A DNA stretch of 64,000 bases from Candidatus Latescibacterota bacterium (GCA_965223905.1 CBDCXV010000009.1:64001-128000), one strand, 5' to 3'. Counted from the first letter of the stretch, positions 18,313 through 28,254 are shown. Notes: generated by a model not told the origin, from the sequence alone. A program made the numbers and translations.

Positions 18313-20469
18313 TCAATCCAATACTCTTTCCACGATTGCGGAAAGTGCTTCATGGGAAAGTCGCTGTGCTGTAACCAGATTCGCTCCTCCCACACATCCC
18401 ATCTGCTTCAGGTCCCGGTAAGGAATACTTCTGCGGAAAAGGAACAGGTTATCAAAGGTCATCGCCGTGAGCTCACCATTAGAATTTGCCCTCTGGCCTA
18501 TTTCCTCCTCCGATAATACTCCTTGCCTCCGGAGGTTCAATACCGCTTGGGTCTTCGTCAGCTTGTCACAGAATGTAGCCCTCGCAATGGCAACGGCCGC
18601 CTTCTGTCTGCCGCTGACATAGAAGACCAACACTGTGCCCCGTCCGACCATTCTCTGGGTCCCGACCCGGCAGAAATAGGCCCTTTCCAACCGCAATGCA
18701 GCTTCCTTACCAGGAAGAAATGATGTCTGACTATCGGTCGGGGGTACCAATCCATGGGCAAATCTCTCCCTAATGGGCACAATTACGCCGCCTCGGCCGG
18801 GACAAATGATCGAGCCGGGAGACACCAAGGTTTCAAAGTCAAAAAGGGAAAGCGTTATAGGCCAAGATCTGTTATTAAAGACAATGCCGGTGTTGGACAA
18901 CTCGTCGTGCTTTGGCATGCTGTGAGCAAGTTCAAAACCAGTAGCTTCCTTGAAGTCATTTCTGAAGGACTCCCAATTGTCATTTGTAATTACTCCTCTA
19001 TGGGACACCTTCCTGAGACTCTGTAAAGCATTTCCTTCTTCACCTCGAATCGGCTGGAATCCCCTGCGGATTGCCACTTCTCGGGTCAGTCTTTGCCCTG
19101 GCCCCGTCTTCAGGTCGAACGCGAATAGTTGTCCCAGATGCCCCCGGTTGGTCATGGATTCCAACAGGTAATCGATCGCTCTGTCAGCATTCCAGTTCCC
19201 CTCGTCGACATATAGGTATGCGTCCGCCTTCCTGGACAAACTGGTTCTTGCCTCCCATGATCCTATTCCTACTATTCCCTCCCCCGTTCGCACAACCAAT
19301 CTCGTCCTCGGAGACTGCGTTGTTCCAGCGGCAAGACAATAGGATATAGCGGTTTCATCAATCCCCATCTCTCTCAGGAAGCTCTCGGCCCCCGCATCGC
19401 CTTCATCAAGATTTGAAACCCTGATTTCCTCTTGGCCAACAGCTACCGAGAACTCAGGCAGGTATGTGTCCACCTCCCCGAACGGTTCCCTGAGGTCAAG
19501 GGGTGATATAACTCTCAGGCTGTACTTTTCCAGAAGTGTCCCGCTGTGTCGAAGAATTCTGGCGTCGCGAGTTACAAAACCGAAGGCTTTATGATGAATG
19601 CACGATGCCAAGTGAACAAGATCCGATTGCTCATTTGCGGCCCACTTACCCGTTCTTGTATCAGCCACCGAAAGTTTGTCTTTCAGATCCTCAATCAGAC
19701 GCGCCAGTATTCCTGGCGATATTTCTGGCAAGGTCGGGAGGGTTCTGGCAAATTCCAGAACAGGGTCGTCGGACACATCTGGCGAGCGACGTTCCAGTTC
19801 CCTCCTGAATTCAGGGGTGACCCTGACACGTATTTCGCCGTTTAGAGCCGAGGAGAATATGAAAGCTGACTCTCCCGCATCCCGTTGCCTCACAGCATCG
19901 AAGAATACGTTCAGATCGATCACATAGGAGGGCGTGGGCAACAGGGGCCTAGCGTAGGCTATTTGCCTTCCGTCATCACCACTGGATGCCCCGGGAAACT
20001 GTCTCCTACCGAAAAGGGATGGGACGTCCAGTTCGAGTTCATAAACGTTTATCGTCCTTTTCGATTTTCCAGGGATCTGGCGTACAATTCGAAACCCTGA
20101 CCCCTGCCAGAATTTGTTCGCCTCCAAGTCCGAAGCCACTCTGGAACGAATGGTCAACCAACTGTTGTCTTCCCCGTATTCCTTGAGCGCCCCGACCAGT
20201 CTTCCTCCTACGCCTTCAAATCGATACTCAGGGAGAACATGGACTTGGAAGACCTTGAGGTGGGGATAGCTTCCGCCAAAGAACAGATGACCACGTAGTT
20301 TCTTCGTACTCCTGTCGATGGCGATCCAGAGGTGTCCTTTCATTGCGGCTTCTGTATAGGCACTTGCGGGGAGAAAACCGAGAGAGGACCTATTGTCATC
20401 TGCGAGTTGACGAATCTGGTCGATGTAATCCACTACACCGGCAGGATCCTGAAGGATTTTTTCAGTCAT
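18313..20469 (-). CDS. GNAT-PIN-(GNAT-like)-PUA/ASCH-like multidomain protein
   Basis: GNAT: VLPEYRFEGVG, ANKFWQGSGF. PIN: YVIDLNVFFD, DLVHLA, FVTRD. PUA-like: VIVPIRERFA..L, ERAYF, LVFYVSG. Confidence 0.8.
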   Translation of the reverse strand: MTEKILQDPAGVVDYIDQIRQLADDNRSSLGFLPASAYTEAAMKGHLWIAIDRSTKKLRGHLFFGGSYPHLKVFQVHVLPEYRFEGVGGRLVGALKEYGEDNSWLTIRSRVASDLEANKFWQGSGFRIVRQIPGKSKRTINVYELELDVPSLFGRRQFPGASSGDDGRQIAYARPLLPTPSYVIDLNVFFDAVRQRDAGESAFIFSSALNGEIRVRVTPEFRRELERRSPDVSDDPVLEFARTLPTLPEISPGILARLIEDLKDKLSVADTRTGKWAANEQSDLVHLASCIHHKAFGFVTRDARILRHSGTLLEKYSLRVISPLDLREPFGEVDTYLPEFSVAVGQEEIRVSNLDEGDAGAESFLREMGIDETAISYCLAAGTTQSPRTRLVVRTGEGIVGIGSWEARTSLSRKADAYLYVDEGNWNADRAIDYLLESMTNRGHLGQLFAFDLKTGPGQRLTREVAIRRGFQPIRGEEGNALQSLRKVSHRGVITNDNWESFRNDFKEATGFELAHSMPKHDELSNTGIVFNNRSWPITLSLFDFETLVSPGSIICPGRGGVIVPIRERFAHGLVPPTDSQTSFLPGKEAALRLERAYFCRVGTQRMVGRGTVLVFYVSGRQKAAVAIARATFCDKLTKTQAVLNLRRQGVLSEEEIGQRANSNGELTAMTFDNLFLFRRSIPYRDLKQMGCVGGANLVTAQRLSHEALSAIVERVLD

Positions 20470-20592
20470 CTGGGATTTACAAACGATAGCTGTGTGCCTC
20501 AATTGCGGGCGAATAGCTTTGACAGCCGTACCATGTCCTTATTCCGATGCGCGACGGGGAGTCTGCGCACTCGCGGCCAAGATTGCAACCTG

Positions 20593-23500
20593 TCATCCGT
20601 CATCGTCGTCTGACCAGTACGCCGGTTTGGTTCCTGTCTCTCGTTTGGGGCGCTTGGCGTTCAGTTCGAGGAGCCGCGCCAGCACTTCGTCCCGGATGTC
20701 GTCGGGCCAGCGGTAGCGGTAGGGCTTTTTGCGCTTGGCCCACTCTTCCTCGTCGATCTCGTAGTCGAGGAGGAACTCGCAGTCGGTGGGGATGTCGTTC
20801 CAACCATAGGCATCGAGGACGACCTGGTCCATGGCGGCGTGGAGCTCGCGGAGCTTGGCGATGTCGGGGTTGTCTTCGTCGGGGTCGTGGAAGCGGTTGT
20901 AGGTCTTTGTGAGTCCTTCGTTGTTGCGGACCATAAGCCCGGCGCGGAAATCGTAGTAAGCCTTGCCCGCGCCTTCGAGTGCCGGGTCGGTTTCCCAGCC
21001 GTGGGGAAAGGGGAAGGTCTCGAAGCAGTCGGAGGGCGTGTAGCGGAGATCGTCCTTCAATGACGAGCCAAAGAAGCGCGTCCAGATCTCGTGGGATCGG
21101 GATTGGAGGGTGCAAAAGGCAGCGTAGGCGTCGAGGGGGAAGACTATGATTGTTTCCGCGTATACCATACCTGTGGGTAAGAATGCGAAGGCCGCCTGCT
21201 GGCCGACTCGTGAGATCGCCAAAACCCGCTCCAGCCCCGCGACGGCAGCGTAGAGTTCTTTTGCCGTCGAGCCGTAGCGCCACCAGAATTCCGCACGTTT
21301 TCGTCCAATGGCGTTTTTCGTGAGCTTCGCGCGATCCGGCTTTACTCCCTCTTCAACAATCGCTACCAGCGCGGGCCAATCTTCCGCCACCGGTGCTGGA
21401 TAGTCTAGAGGCACGATTCCTCGCCGCAGCCATTCACGACACTGATCCTGGTCCGCGTCCACCCATCGTTCGGCCAGATCATCCCGGCGCAGTGGATAGT
21501 CGCGGAAGTTGATCACGTAGCGGTGGTGGGCATGAGTCGGGCTGGTGTTCACCTCCTCCCCGCCTATGTAGGGAAAGATCACTTCTTGGTTCCGCGGGTC
21601 CTGCTCGATTAGGCGGCGCATCTCCGCAAGCGAAGTGGCAACGCCTTTCTTGTCGTTGTCGTCGAAGGTGAAACCCATGCCGAGAACTATGCTGCCCTGA
21701 TAGCTCTTGCGCACGTTCGCCTTCAGCCGCCCCGGGTCTTCGTGGCCACCCCGGTGGAAGAGAAAAGCGGTAATCGTATCGGTCGCCTCGTCATCAAGTC
21801 GTTTTGCTCCGGTGAACGGCCCTTTGTGCACGTGGAGCACGCTCACCACCACCGCGGCAAGTCCGGGCCACTTGACCCGCCGTCGGGCAAGGTAGATCTC
21901 CCCGCCGTGCTCGCAGATCCTGCGCAATCCGGTCGAGCGGGTGTCCCCCTGGGCGATGGTGTTGGTTGCGATCAGGCCAAAGGTGCCGTTTTCGCGCACC
22001 CGATCGAATGCGCGGCGGAAGAAGTGGGCAACGAGATCGGCGTTACCGTGGCTTTCTTCGTGGACCTGTTTCAACCAGTCCGGATAGCGGGGGACGTTGG
22101 CCGCAGCCACCGTGTTCTTGCCCGCGAACGGCGGATTCCCCACGATGGCGTCGAACCCCGGGTTCTCGCGATCGAACGCCTCCGGGAACTCGACCTCCCA
22201 GTGGAACGGCGCCAAGGGCGGTTCTACCTTGCGGCGCTCGTCGAGCCAATCCAGGTACTGCTCGGCTTTGCCTCCGAATATCGCTTCGCCGTACTCGCGG
22301 CGCTTCGCCTCCCGCTGCTTCGGTTTCGCCCCGTCGAAAAAGGCCGCCGTGGCCAAGTCTCCGAAAAGCCGCACCTTGCGCAACGCGAACTGCGCCCGGT
22401 TCCACAAGTCGCGCAACTCCCAGTCGGCGGTTTCCTCGCCCGCCTCCCGGATGAGCTCTCGCAACTCGGCCGCCTCTTGCACCTGATCCCGAACCCGCAT
22501 GGTCTCGAAGCCCAGCATGAACGAGGGCGATTCCTCCCGTTCCCAGTGAAAGGTCTCTATCTGCTTTCGGGACAGGCCGACCAGGGAATCCCCATCTCTC
22601 AGGGCATGATCGACGAAGGTCAACGCGTGGTCCTTGGCCAGGGTAGCGAGCCATAGCGAAACCTTGGCCAGGTCGACGGCCATCGGGTTGCGGTCCACCC
22701 CGTAGAGGCAACGCTGGGCGATCAGCCGGCGGGCGAAGATCCCCTCGTCCTCGTCGGGCGGGATGTCCGGCACCTCGCCGTGAGCGCGCCAAGTCTCGAC
22801 GAGAGCGTCTCCAAGCTGGCGGCAAGCCTCAACCAGAAACGCGCCCGAGCCCATGGCCGGGTCGCAGACCTTGAGGTCGAGGATCTGTTCAGGCTTCGGG
22901 GGCTTCCCGTCCTCTCCCTGAAGCCGCGTCAGGATCGGCCCCAGCGTCGTGCGCACGATCGGCTCCGTCAGCTCGCGGGGCGTGTAGTGTGAGCCGGAGC
23001 GGCGCCTCTCTTCACTGGGCTGCAGCACCATCGCCCCCCGCGGCACGCGATCGGGCGTGGCGTCGACCTCGACCACCGGCATGAGGGCCGCGTGCAGGTC
23101 CTCCAGCCTCTCCGCCTCTTTCACGGCCTTCTTCACTTTGTCGCCGAGCTTCCGGTCGGCGCGGTCCCGGAACCACTTGTCCCGCCGGGTTCCCGGTTCC
23201 GCTGCCAGCGCATCCAGGTCCACGGTCGTGGGAGCGCCCTGCTTCTTGGCCGCCTTGATCGCCAAGGACCTTCCGCTCGCGGTCTCCAGGCGGAACCCCA
23301 TCATGGTCTCGTAGACCGAGCCGATCTGCTCCACGTCGAGGGCCCGGTAGGAGATCCGCTCGCCGTCGAGAACCAGCAGCTTCTCAAGAGCGCGGTAGAT
23401 GGTGCCGTCCGGCACCAGGGGCGGCTCGATGCGCTCGTGAATCTGGCGCGCCACCATGTCCGGCCGTCCCTCGAGGAACGGGAACCGGTCCGGGTCGAAG

Positions 23501-24618
23501 AGGACGCCGTGCCGCCTGGGCAGGCTCATCTCCCCGGTCTCGGCGCCGTCGTGGATCAGGCGGAACAGCACCAGCAGCTGCGCCCAGGCGCCGTAGCGCT
23601 GGTCCATGGTGTCGGGGAACAGGGCCGCGTCCTCCCGCAGGCGCTCGTACAGTCCCACGAGGGAGTAGTAGCGCTGGAAGGTCCCGTCCTTGGGAAGCAT
23701 GTCCCGCTCTTCGGCGTAGAGCAGAAACACGAGCCGCAGGATCATGGTCAGCAGGGCGTGGTAGACGCGGTCGGGATTCTCAGCGAGGGTCCGTCGCAGC
23801 AGCTCTCCGTGCGAGGCGTCGTGCGCCGCCTGAAATCCTCGCAGCATCTCGTACAGGGCGTGCAGCACCTGCTCGGCGAGCCGCTCGCTGACCTCGTTCT
23901 GGAATTTGCGGCTGTCCTCGAGCAGGGCCGCCAGCCTCTGCGTGCCCGGCATCGCCAACAGTCGGCTTTCCTTCAAGAGCAGCCGCATGGCGGTGCAGAT
24001 CGGCCTCCCGGAGGTCTGCACCATCTCCGCCACGCGGAAGTCCATCCAGCCGGAGCTTTCCCCCCGCGGCGCCGAGATCAGCCGGATTGCCAGGCCGTTG
24101 AACAGCAGACCGGCCTTTACTTCGGTGCGCCGCAGGAGCCGCTCCATCCTGCTGTGCGGAGAGGCTTCAAGCGCTCCGGAGCCCTTCACCTCTTTGTCGA
24201 AGGCTTGCCCCGGCTCCAGGACCTGGACGAGGAGCTGCCAGTCGGACTCTCCTTTCCCGGGGCTGCGCTCGCGGACGGCGAAGTCGGGGGCGAGGGTTTC
24301 CCCATCCGCCGCGGTCACTATCAGGTCCTCAGGGATGGGGTTCTCTGTGGTGCCGGCGTAGCCTCTCGGCGAGAAGCTCCATTCCAGAACGGTTCTCGCG
24401 AAGGTCTCGAAATCAGGTAACCACGGGTCCTGATCCCCGTCCTGGCGAAACGCCCTTTCCTCGACGCAGTCGCGCAGCCGCCGCTGCCCATCGGCGTCCT
24501 GCCGGTCGAGGATGGCCCCTGCGCGCACGAGCGCCGGCGCGGAGACGACGAGACCGCTCGGCTGGACGAAGCCGATCCACTCGAGGTGCCTGAGAACCTG
24601 TGGGTCCAGCTTGGCCAT
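20593..24618 (-). CDS. drmMI: DISARM adenine methyltransferase DrmMI (Eco57I/type IIG-like)
   Basis: GSHYTP, motif I DPAMGSGAFL, LYGVD, motif IV GNPPF, TRD-like region, LRYTPSDCFETFPFP; directly after drmD. Confidence 0.88.
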   Translation of the reverse strand: MAKLDPQVLRHLEWIGFVQPSGLVVSAPALVRAGAILDRQDADGQRRLRDCVEERAFRQDGDQDPWLPDFETFARTVLEWSFSPRGYAGTTENPIPEDLIVTAADGETLAPDFAVRERSPGKGESDWQLLVQVLEPGQAFDKEVKGSGALEASPHSRMERLLRRTEVKAGLLFNGLAIRLISAPRGESSGWMDFRVAEMVQTSGRPICTAMRLLLKESRLLAMPGTQRLAALLEDSRKFQNEVSERLAEQVLHALYEMLRGFQAAHDASHGELLRRTLAENPDRVYHALLTMILRLVFLLYAEERDMLPKDGTFQRYYSLVGLYERLREDAALFPDTMDQRYGAWAQLLVLFRLIHDGAETGEMSLPRRHGVLFDPDRFPFLEGRPDMVARQIHERIEPPLVPDGTIYRALEKLLVLDGERISYRALDVEQIGSVYETMMGFRLETASGRSLAIKAAKKQGAPTTVDLDALAAEPGTRRDKWFRDRADRKLGDKVKKAVKEAERLEDLHAALMPVVEVDATPDRVPRGAMVLQPSEERRRSGSHYTPRELTEPIVRTTLGPILTRLQGEDGKPPKPEQILDLKVCDPAMGSGAFLVEACRQLGDALVETWRAHGEVPDIPPDEDEGIFARRLIAQRCLYGVDRNPMAVDLAKVSLWLATLAKDHALTFVDHALRDGDSLVGLSRKQIETFHWEREESPSFMLGFETMRVRDQVQEAAELRELIREAGEETADWELRDLWNRAQFALRKVRLFGDLATAAFFDGAKPKQREAKRREYGEAIFGGKAEQYLDWLDERRKVEPPLAPFHWEVEFPEAFDRENPGFDAIVGNPPFAGKNTVAAANVPRYPDWLKQVHEESHGNADLVAHFFRRAFDRVRENGTFGLIATNTIAQGDTRSTGLRRICEHGGEIYLARRRVKWPGLAAVVVSVLHVHKGPFTGAKRLDDEATDTITAFLFHRGGHEDPGRLKANVRKSYQGSIVLGMGFTFDDNDKKGVATSLAEMRRLIEQDPRNQEVIFPYIGGEEVNTSPTHAHHRYVINFRDYPLRRDDLAERWVDADQDQCREWLRRGIVPLDYPAPVAEDWPALVAIVEEGVKPDRAKLTKNAIGRKRAEFWWRYGSTAKELYAAVAGLERVLAISRVGQQAAFAFLPTGMVYAETIIVFPLDAYAAFCTLQSRSHEIWTRFFGSSLKDDLRYTPSDCFETFPFPHGWETDPALEGAGKAYYDFRAGLMVRNNEGLTKTYNRFHDPDEDNPDIAKLRELHAAMDQVVLDAYGWNDIPTDCEFLLDYEIDEEEWAKRKKPYRYRWPDDIRDEVLARLLELNAKRPKRETGTKPAYWSDDDDG

Positions 24619-24621
24619 GCT

Positions 24622-27600
24622 TCAGTTGGTCTCCGGCCACAGGTAGGCGAGGCCGACCGGCTCCACCCGGGTCGCCCGGACCTCGTAGAACTCGCGCACG
24701 CGGGCCGGCTCCACTTCAAGGTCCTTCTCGAACTGTTCGAGACGACGGCGCCACCCACGCATGTTCGCCTCGACTTGGCCTCTCTCCTCCGCGTTGAAGT
24801 CCAGGGTCAGCTGAGTGAACTTGCGATCGTAATTTTCCAGCTCCTCGATCACCCGGGCGCGCTGGCGCTCGAGTGTCACCCGCAGATCCCGCTCCTCGCG
24901 GTTGCCGCGCTCGGCGAGGCCCTTGACGGCAATAGCGGCCAGTTCTTCCGCCCGCGGTTCCAGCTGCGGCAGCAGTTCCTCGATATCCCGCGCGGCGGTT
25001 TCCAGAAGCCGGCGCCGGATCGTCTCGTGCGGCACCCGCATCCCATCACCGGTCAGCGCCTCTTCGAGCAGGTCGAGCGTTCGCAGCTCGGTCTCCCGGG
25101 CGTACGCCCTGAGCGGCCCTTTCCGCTTCGATGTCTCGACCCATCTTGCGGCAACCGGAACCAGCTCCTCGTGCAGGCGCTCGGCGCCGCGTCCGTACAG
25201 GGAGAGCCGTCCGAGAAGGATCACGCGCGGTATCGAATCCCTGGCCTGCGCCAGGCAGGCCCGCGACAGGTCGTGGTAGATGAAGCCCTGGGCCCGGAAC
25301 CGAGCCAGCAGCCGCTGTGCCACGCGCTGCTCGAGGTGCAGGTGCACGCTGTCCTCGGTGACCGCGCCGGGGTCCTCGAAAACGACCGGGCGGATCGGCG
25401 CCTCCCGGCGCCATTCGGTCACCTTTTGATCCGGCTTTTTGGGCTGCCGCAGCGTATCGAGCGTGGACGACCAGCTGGCGTCGGTTTCCGCTCTCTGGTC
25501 GAGAGCCGGGAATTTCCACACCGGCCGTCCATCCTGGTCGCGGGTTTCCTCCAGGGGATCCGCCCCAAGCAGCTCCAGCGAGCAGGAAAGCGCATCCCTG
25601 AAGGCTCCCTCTTCGAACCGGACCCATTGTCGCGAGTTCTGAAGCAGTGACTGGCAGCGGGCGATCTGCTCCTTCAGGTCCTCCTGGCGCTCGCGGGCGC
25701 CTTCCAATTCCTCTTCTGCCACCTGCTTCCGATTCTCATCCAGGTCCGCCGCCCGGATCTCTTCGGCGAGCTTGTCGGCGTTCGCGTGGCGGATACCGCC
25801 GCGAAGCAGCCTTTCGACGTCGTCGTCGATGACCTTCGACAGGCTGCCCAACTCCCGCTTGATCCTCTCCGTCTTCCGGACAAGCACCTCGAGCACGCGG
25901 TCCTCCGCCCGCTGGGGCAGGACGAAGTAATGGCAGCGCACTTCCGGGGCGGGCTGCAGCTTGCGGTCGATGCGGCCGTTTCTCTGCTCGATCCGCCCCG
26001 GATTCCAGGGCAGGTCGAAGTGGAACAGGTCGGTGCAATGCGCCTGGAAGTTCAATCCTTCCCGCGCCGCGTCCGTAGCCAGCAGAATGCGCAGCGGGTC
26101 CTTGGCGGGGTGGGTGTTGAAGCGCTTCTGGATCTCCCGCCGATTGGTCGAGCTGACCAGTCCGTCTATCACCTCGATGCGCTCGTCCGCCAGGTCTGTC
26201 CCTGCGATCGCCTCCTCCAGGATGGTCTTCAGGTAGCGCTTGGTCCCCTCCCGGTTCTCGGTGAAGATCAGCACCCGGCGATCGTTCCACGGGGCCGGCT
26301 CACCTTGGGGCAATTCGCCGTGAGGCGGCATTCCGGGGCAGAGGTTCTCTCGAATCCACTGGATCAGGCGGCGAGCCTTTGCGTCCGGCAGATGCCGGGT
26401 CTCCTCGGCGATTTTCTCCATGCGGTCCAGGAGCTTCTGCTCCCGGTTCCACAGCTCCTCCGTCCTTTCGTCTCGCACCCCCCCTGCTTCGGCCGCGACC
26501 GTCATCGCCTCGACCTCGGCTTCCTCTTCGGCTTCGAGCTGATCCTCTTCCCACTCGCCCCGCTCGTCGTCGGAGTCCGGCGCCGTCCGCAGCAGGCTGT
26601 CTTGTTCTTCGGATTCGGGGATTTCGGCTTCCGCTTCCTGCTGACGTTCCCACTGCTTCACCACGGTGCGGCGATGCACCTGGAGGGTGCGGGCGAAAGC
26701 CTCGATTGAGGAGAGCAGCCGTTGCTGCAGCCCGACGACGAGCAGCCCGGCCGCGGCCTGCGACCTCAGCGAGGTCGTCGCGTGCCGCTCCTCCCGGGCG
26801 GTGCGGTACTGATCGAGCAGCTCCGACAGACGGATCTCGGGGGCGTCGGGCGGCAGGTTGTCGATCACCATCCTCTCGACGATCCGCCTTGAGAACCCTC
26901 CCTGGATCTCCCGGATGTCCTCCTTGAGGCGGCGCACCATCACCTCCTCGAGTTCGCCCTTGCCGCGGATCTTCACCCCGCGCGTGAACCGGTACGGGTC
27001 GAGCAGCTCCAGCAGGGTGGAGAAGCTGTTCGAGTGGCCGTTGTGGGGCGTGGCCGAGAGGAACAGCCGGTGTTCGAAGCGGCCGCACAGATCCCGGACG
27101 GCGCGCGTGAACTTGGTCTCGATCCCGTAACGGCCGCCGCTGGAAGGCGCCGCGTGGTGGGCCTCGTCGAGGATCAGCAGACTCCCCGGCAGCAACCCGC
27201 CCAGCCATTCCCGCATCGGGTCGGCGTACGTCGGGTCGATCAGCAGGTTGTGAGAGACCAGGAAGCGGCTGTGCGTCCGCCACGGGTTCACCCCGAATCC
27301 CCGCTCGCGGCGAACCCGCGCCAGGTAGCGCCGGTCGAGGATCTCGAAGACCAGTCCGAAGCGCTCCTCCAGCTCGCCTCTCCACTGCTCGATCACCGAG
27401 GGGGGAGCCGAGACGACGATGGTCTTTGCCTTCCTCCGCAACAGCAGCTCCCGGGCGATAAGCCCGGCCTCGATCGTCTTCCCGAGCCCGGTGTCGTCGG
27501 CGATGAACAGGTTTACACGCGGCAGACGCAGGGCCTTGCGCAGGGGCTCCATCTGGTAGGCGTCGATCTTGATGCCGGCGCGGAAGGGGGACTGGAACAG

Positions 27601-27915
27601 GTTGGGGTTGGTCGCCGTGACGCAGTTCCAGCGCAGGGTGTGGAGGAAGGCGGCGAACTGCCGCGGGGTGTCGAATCCTTTGGTCGCGAGATCGGCCCAG
27701 CCCTCTTCCTCGAGGATCAGGCGGTCGATCTCGTAGTCCCAGTAGACCTCGAGGCTCTGGCCCTGGGCGTCGTCGTCAGCGCAGGCGAGGCGCACGAGCG
27801 GGGATGCCGCTCCGTTGGCTACCACCTCCTCGACCAACCAGCGGCGAGAGCGAACCAGGACCAGCTGACCCGGTTCCGGGGTTTTTTCGGGCAGGCTATC
27901 TATAAATGATGTCAT
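24622..27915 (-). CDS. drmD: DISARM SNF2-like helicase DrmD
   Basis: IADDTGLGKT, LDEAHH, SATPHNG, ATDAAREGLN, PWNPGRIEQRNGRIDR. Confidence 0.9.
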   Translation of the reverse strand: MTSFIDSLPEKTPEPGQLVLVRSRRWLVEEVVANGAASPLVRLACADDDAQGQSLEVYWDYEIDRLILEEEGWADLATKGFDTPRQFAAFLHTLRWNCVTATNPNLFQSPFRAGIKIDAYQMEPLRKALRLPRVNLFIADDTGLGKTIEAGLIARELLLRRKAKTIVVSAPPSVIEQWRGELEERFGLVFEILDRRYLARVRRERGFGVNPWRTHSRFLVSHNLLIDPTYADPMREWLGGLLPGSLLILDEAHHAAPSSGGRYGIETKFTRAVRDLCGRFEHRLFLSATPHNGHSNSFSTLLELLDPYRFTRGVKIRGKGELEEVMVRRLKEDIREIQGGFSRRIVERMVIDNLPPDAPEIRLSELLDQYRTAREERHATTSLRSQAAAGLLVVGLQQRLLSSIEAFARTLQVHRRTVVKQWERQQEAEAEIPESEEQDSLLRTAPDSDDERGEWEEDQLEAEEEAEVEAMTVAAEAGGVRDERTEELWNREQKLLDRMEKIAEETRHLPDAKARRLIQWIRENLCPGMPPHGELPQGEPAPWNDRRVLIFTENREGTKRYLKTILEEAIAGTDLADERIEVIDGLVSSTNRREIQKRFNTHPAKDPLRILLATDAAREGLNFQAHCTDLFHFDLPWNPGRIEQRNGRIDRKLQPAPEVRCHYFVLPQRAEDRVLEVLVRKTERIKRELGSLSKVIDDDVERLLRGGIRHANADKLAEEIRAADLDENRKQVAEEELEGARERQEDLKEQIARCQSLLQNSRQWVRFEEGAFRDALSCSLELLGADPLEETRDQDGRPVWKFPALDQRAETDASWSSTLDTLRQPKKPDQKVTEWRREAPIRPVVFEDPGAVTEDSVHLHLEQRVAQRLLARFRAQGFIYHDLSRACLAQARDSIPRVILLGRLSLYGRGAERLHEELVPVAARWVETSKRKGPLRAYARETELRTLDLLEEALTGDGMRVPHETIRRRLLETAARDIEELLPQLEPRAEELAAIAVKGLAERGNREERDLRVTLERQRARVIEELENYDRKFTQLTLDFNAEERGQVEANMRGWRRRLEQFEKDLEVEPARVREFYEVRATRVEPVGLAYLWPETN

Positions 27916-27982
27916 ATGACTGCTAAGACATCATATGCAGCAGGCAACAGCAAGGAAAAGCCCACCTCACTGCCATATCAGA

Positions 27983-28030
27983 CTAGAAGAGATGGCCGGA
28001 TGCAGAGGGTGGATGGTACCGGAGCCTCAT
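27983..28030 (-). pseudogene. Stub of a RelE/ParE-type toxin gene
   Basis: ATG overlaps the antitoxin stop (ATGA) and reads MRLRYHP, then stops after 15 codons. Confidence 0.4.
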
Positions 28031-28254
28031 GCCCCGTGCTTTTCATACAGTTCCTTCACCGCTTCGTCGGAGGCAAACTCCCCCGCTTCGGCCAGCGCAA
28101 GGGAACTCCTCACTTCAGCAACCTGCTCGTCAGTAAACTTGGAGAAGGCTCCCCCTTCGCTCACGACCCGGAGCAACATGCGGCCGATGAAGTCCTGTCG
28201 ATCTTCAGGAAGTTCGGAAGCTTTCCTGAACGCCTCTTCGAGAAGCTTGGTCAT
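28027..28254 (-). CDS. Small antitoxin-like protein (addiction-module type)
   Basis: 75 aa: MTKLLEEAFRKASELPEDRQD...AEAGEFASDEAV; GGAGA RBS. Confidence 0.65.
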   Translation of the reverse strand: MTKLLEEAFRKASELPEDRQDFIGRMLLRVVSEGGAFSKFTDEQVAEVRSSLALAEAGEFASDEAVKELYEKHGA

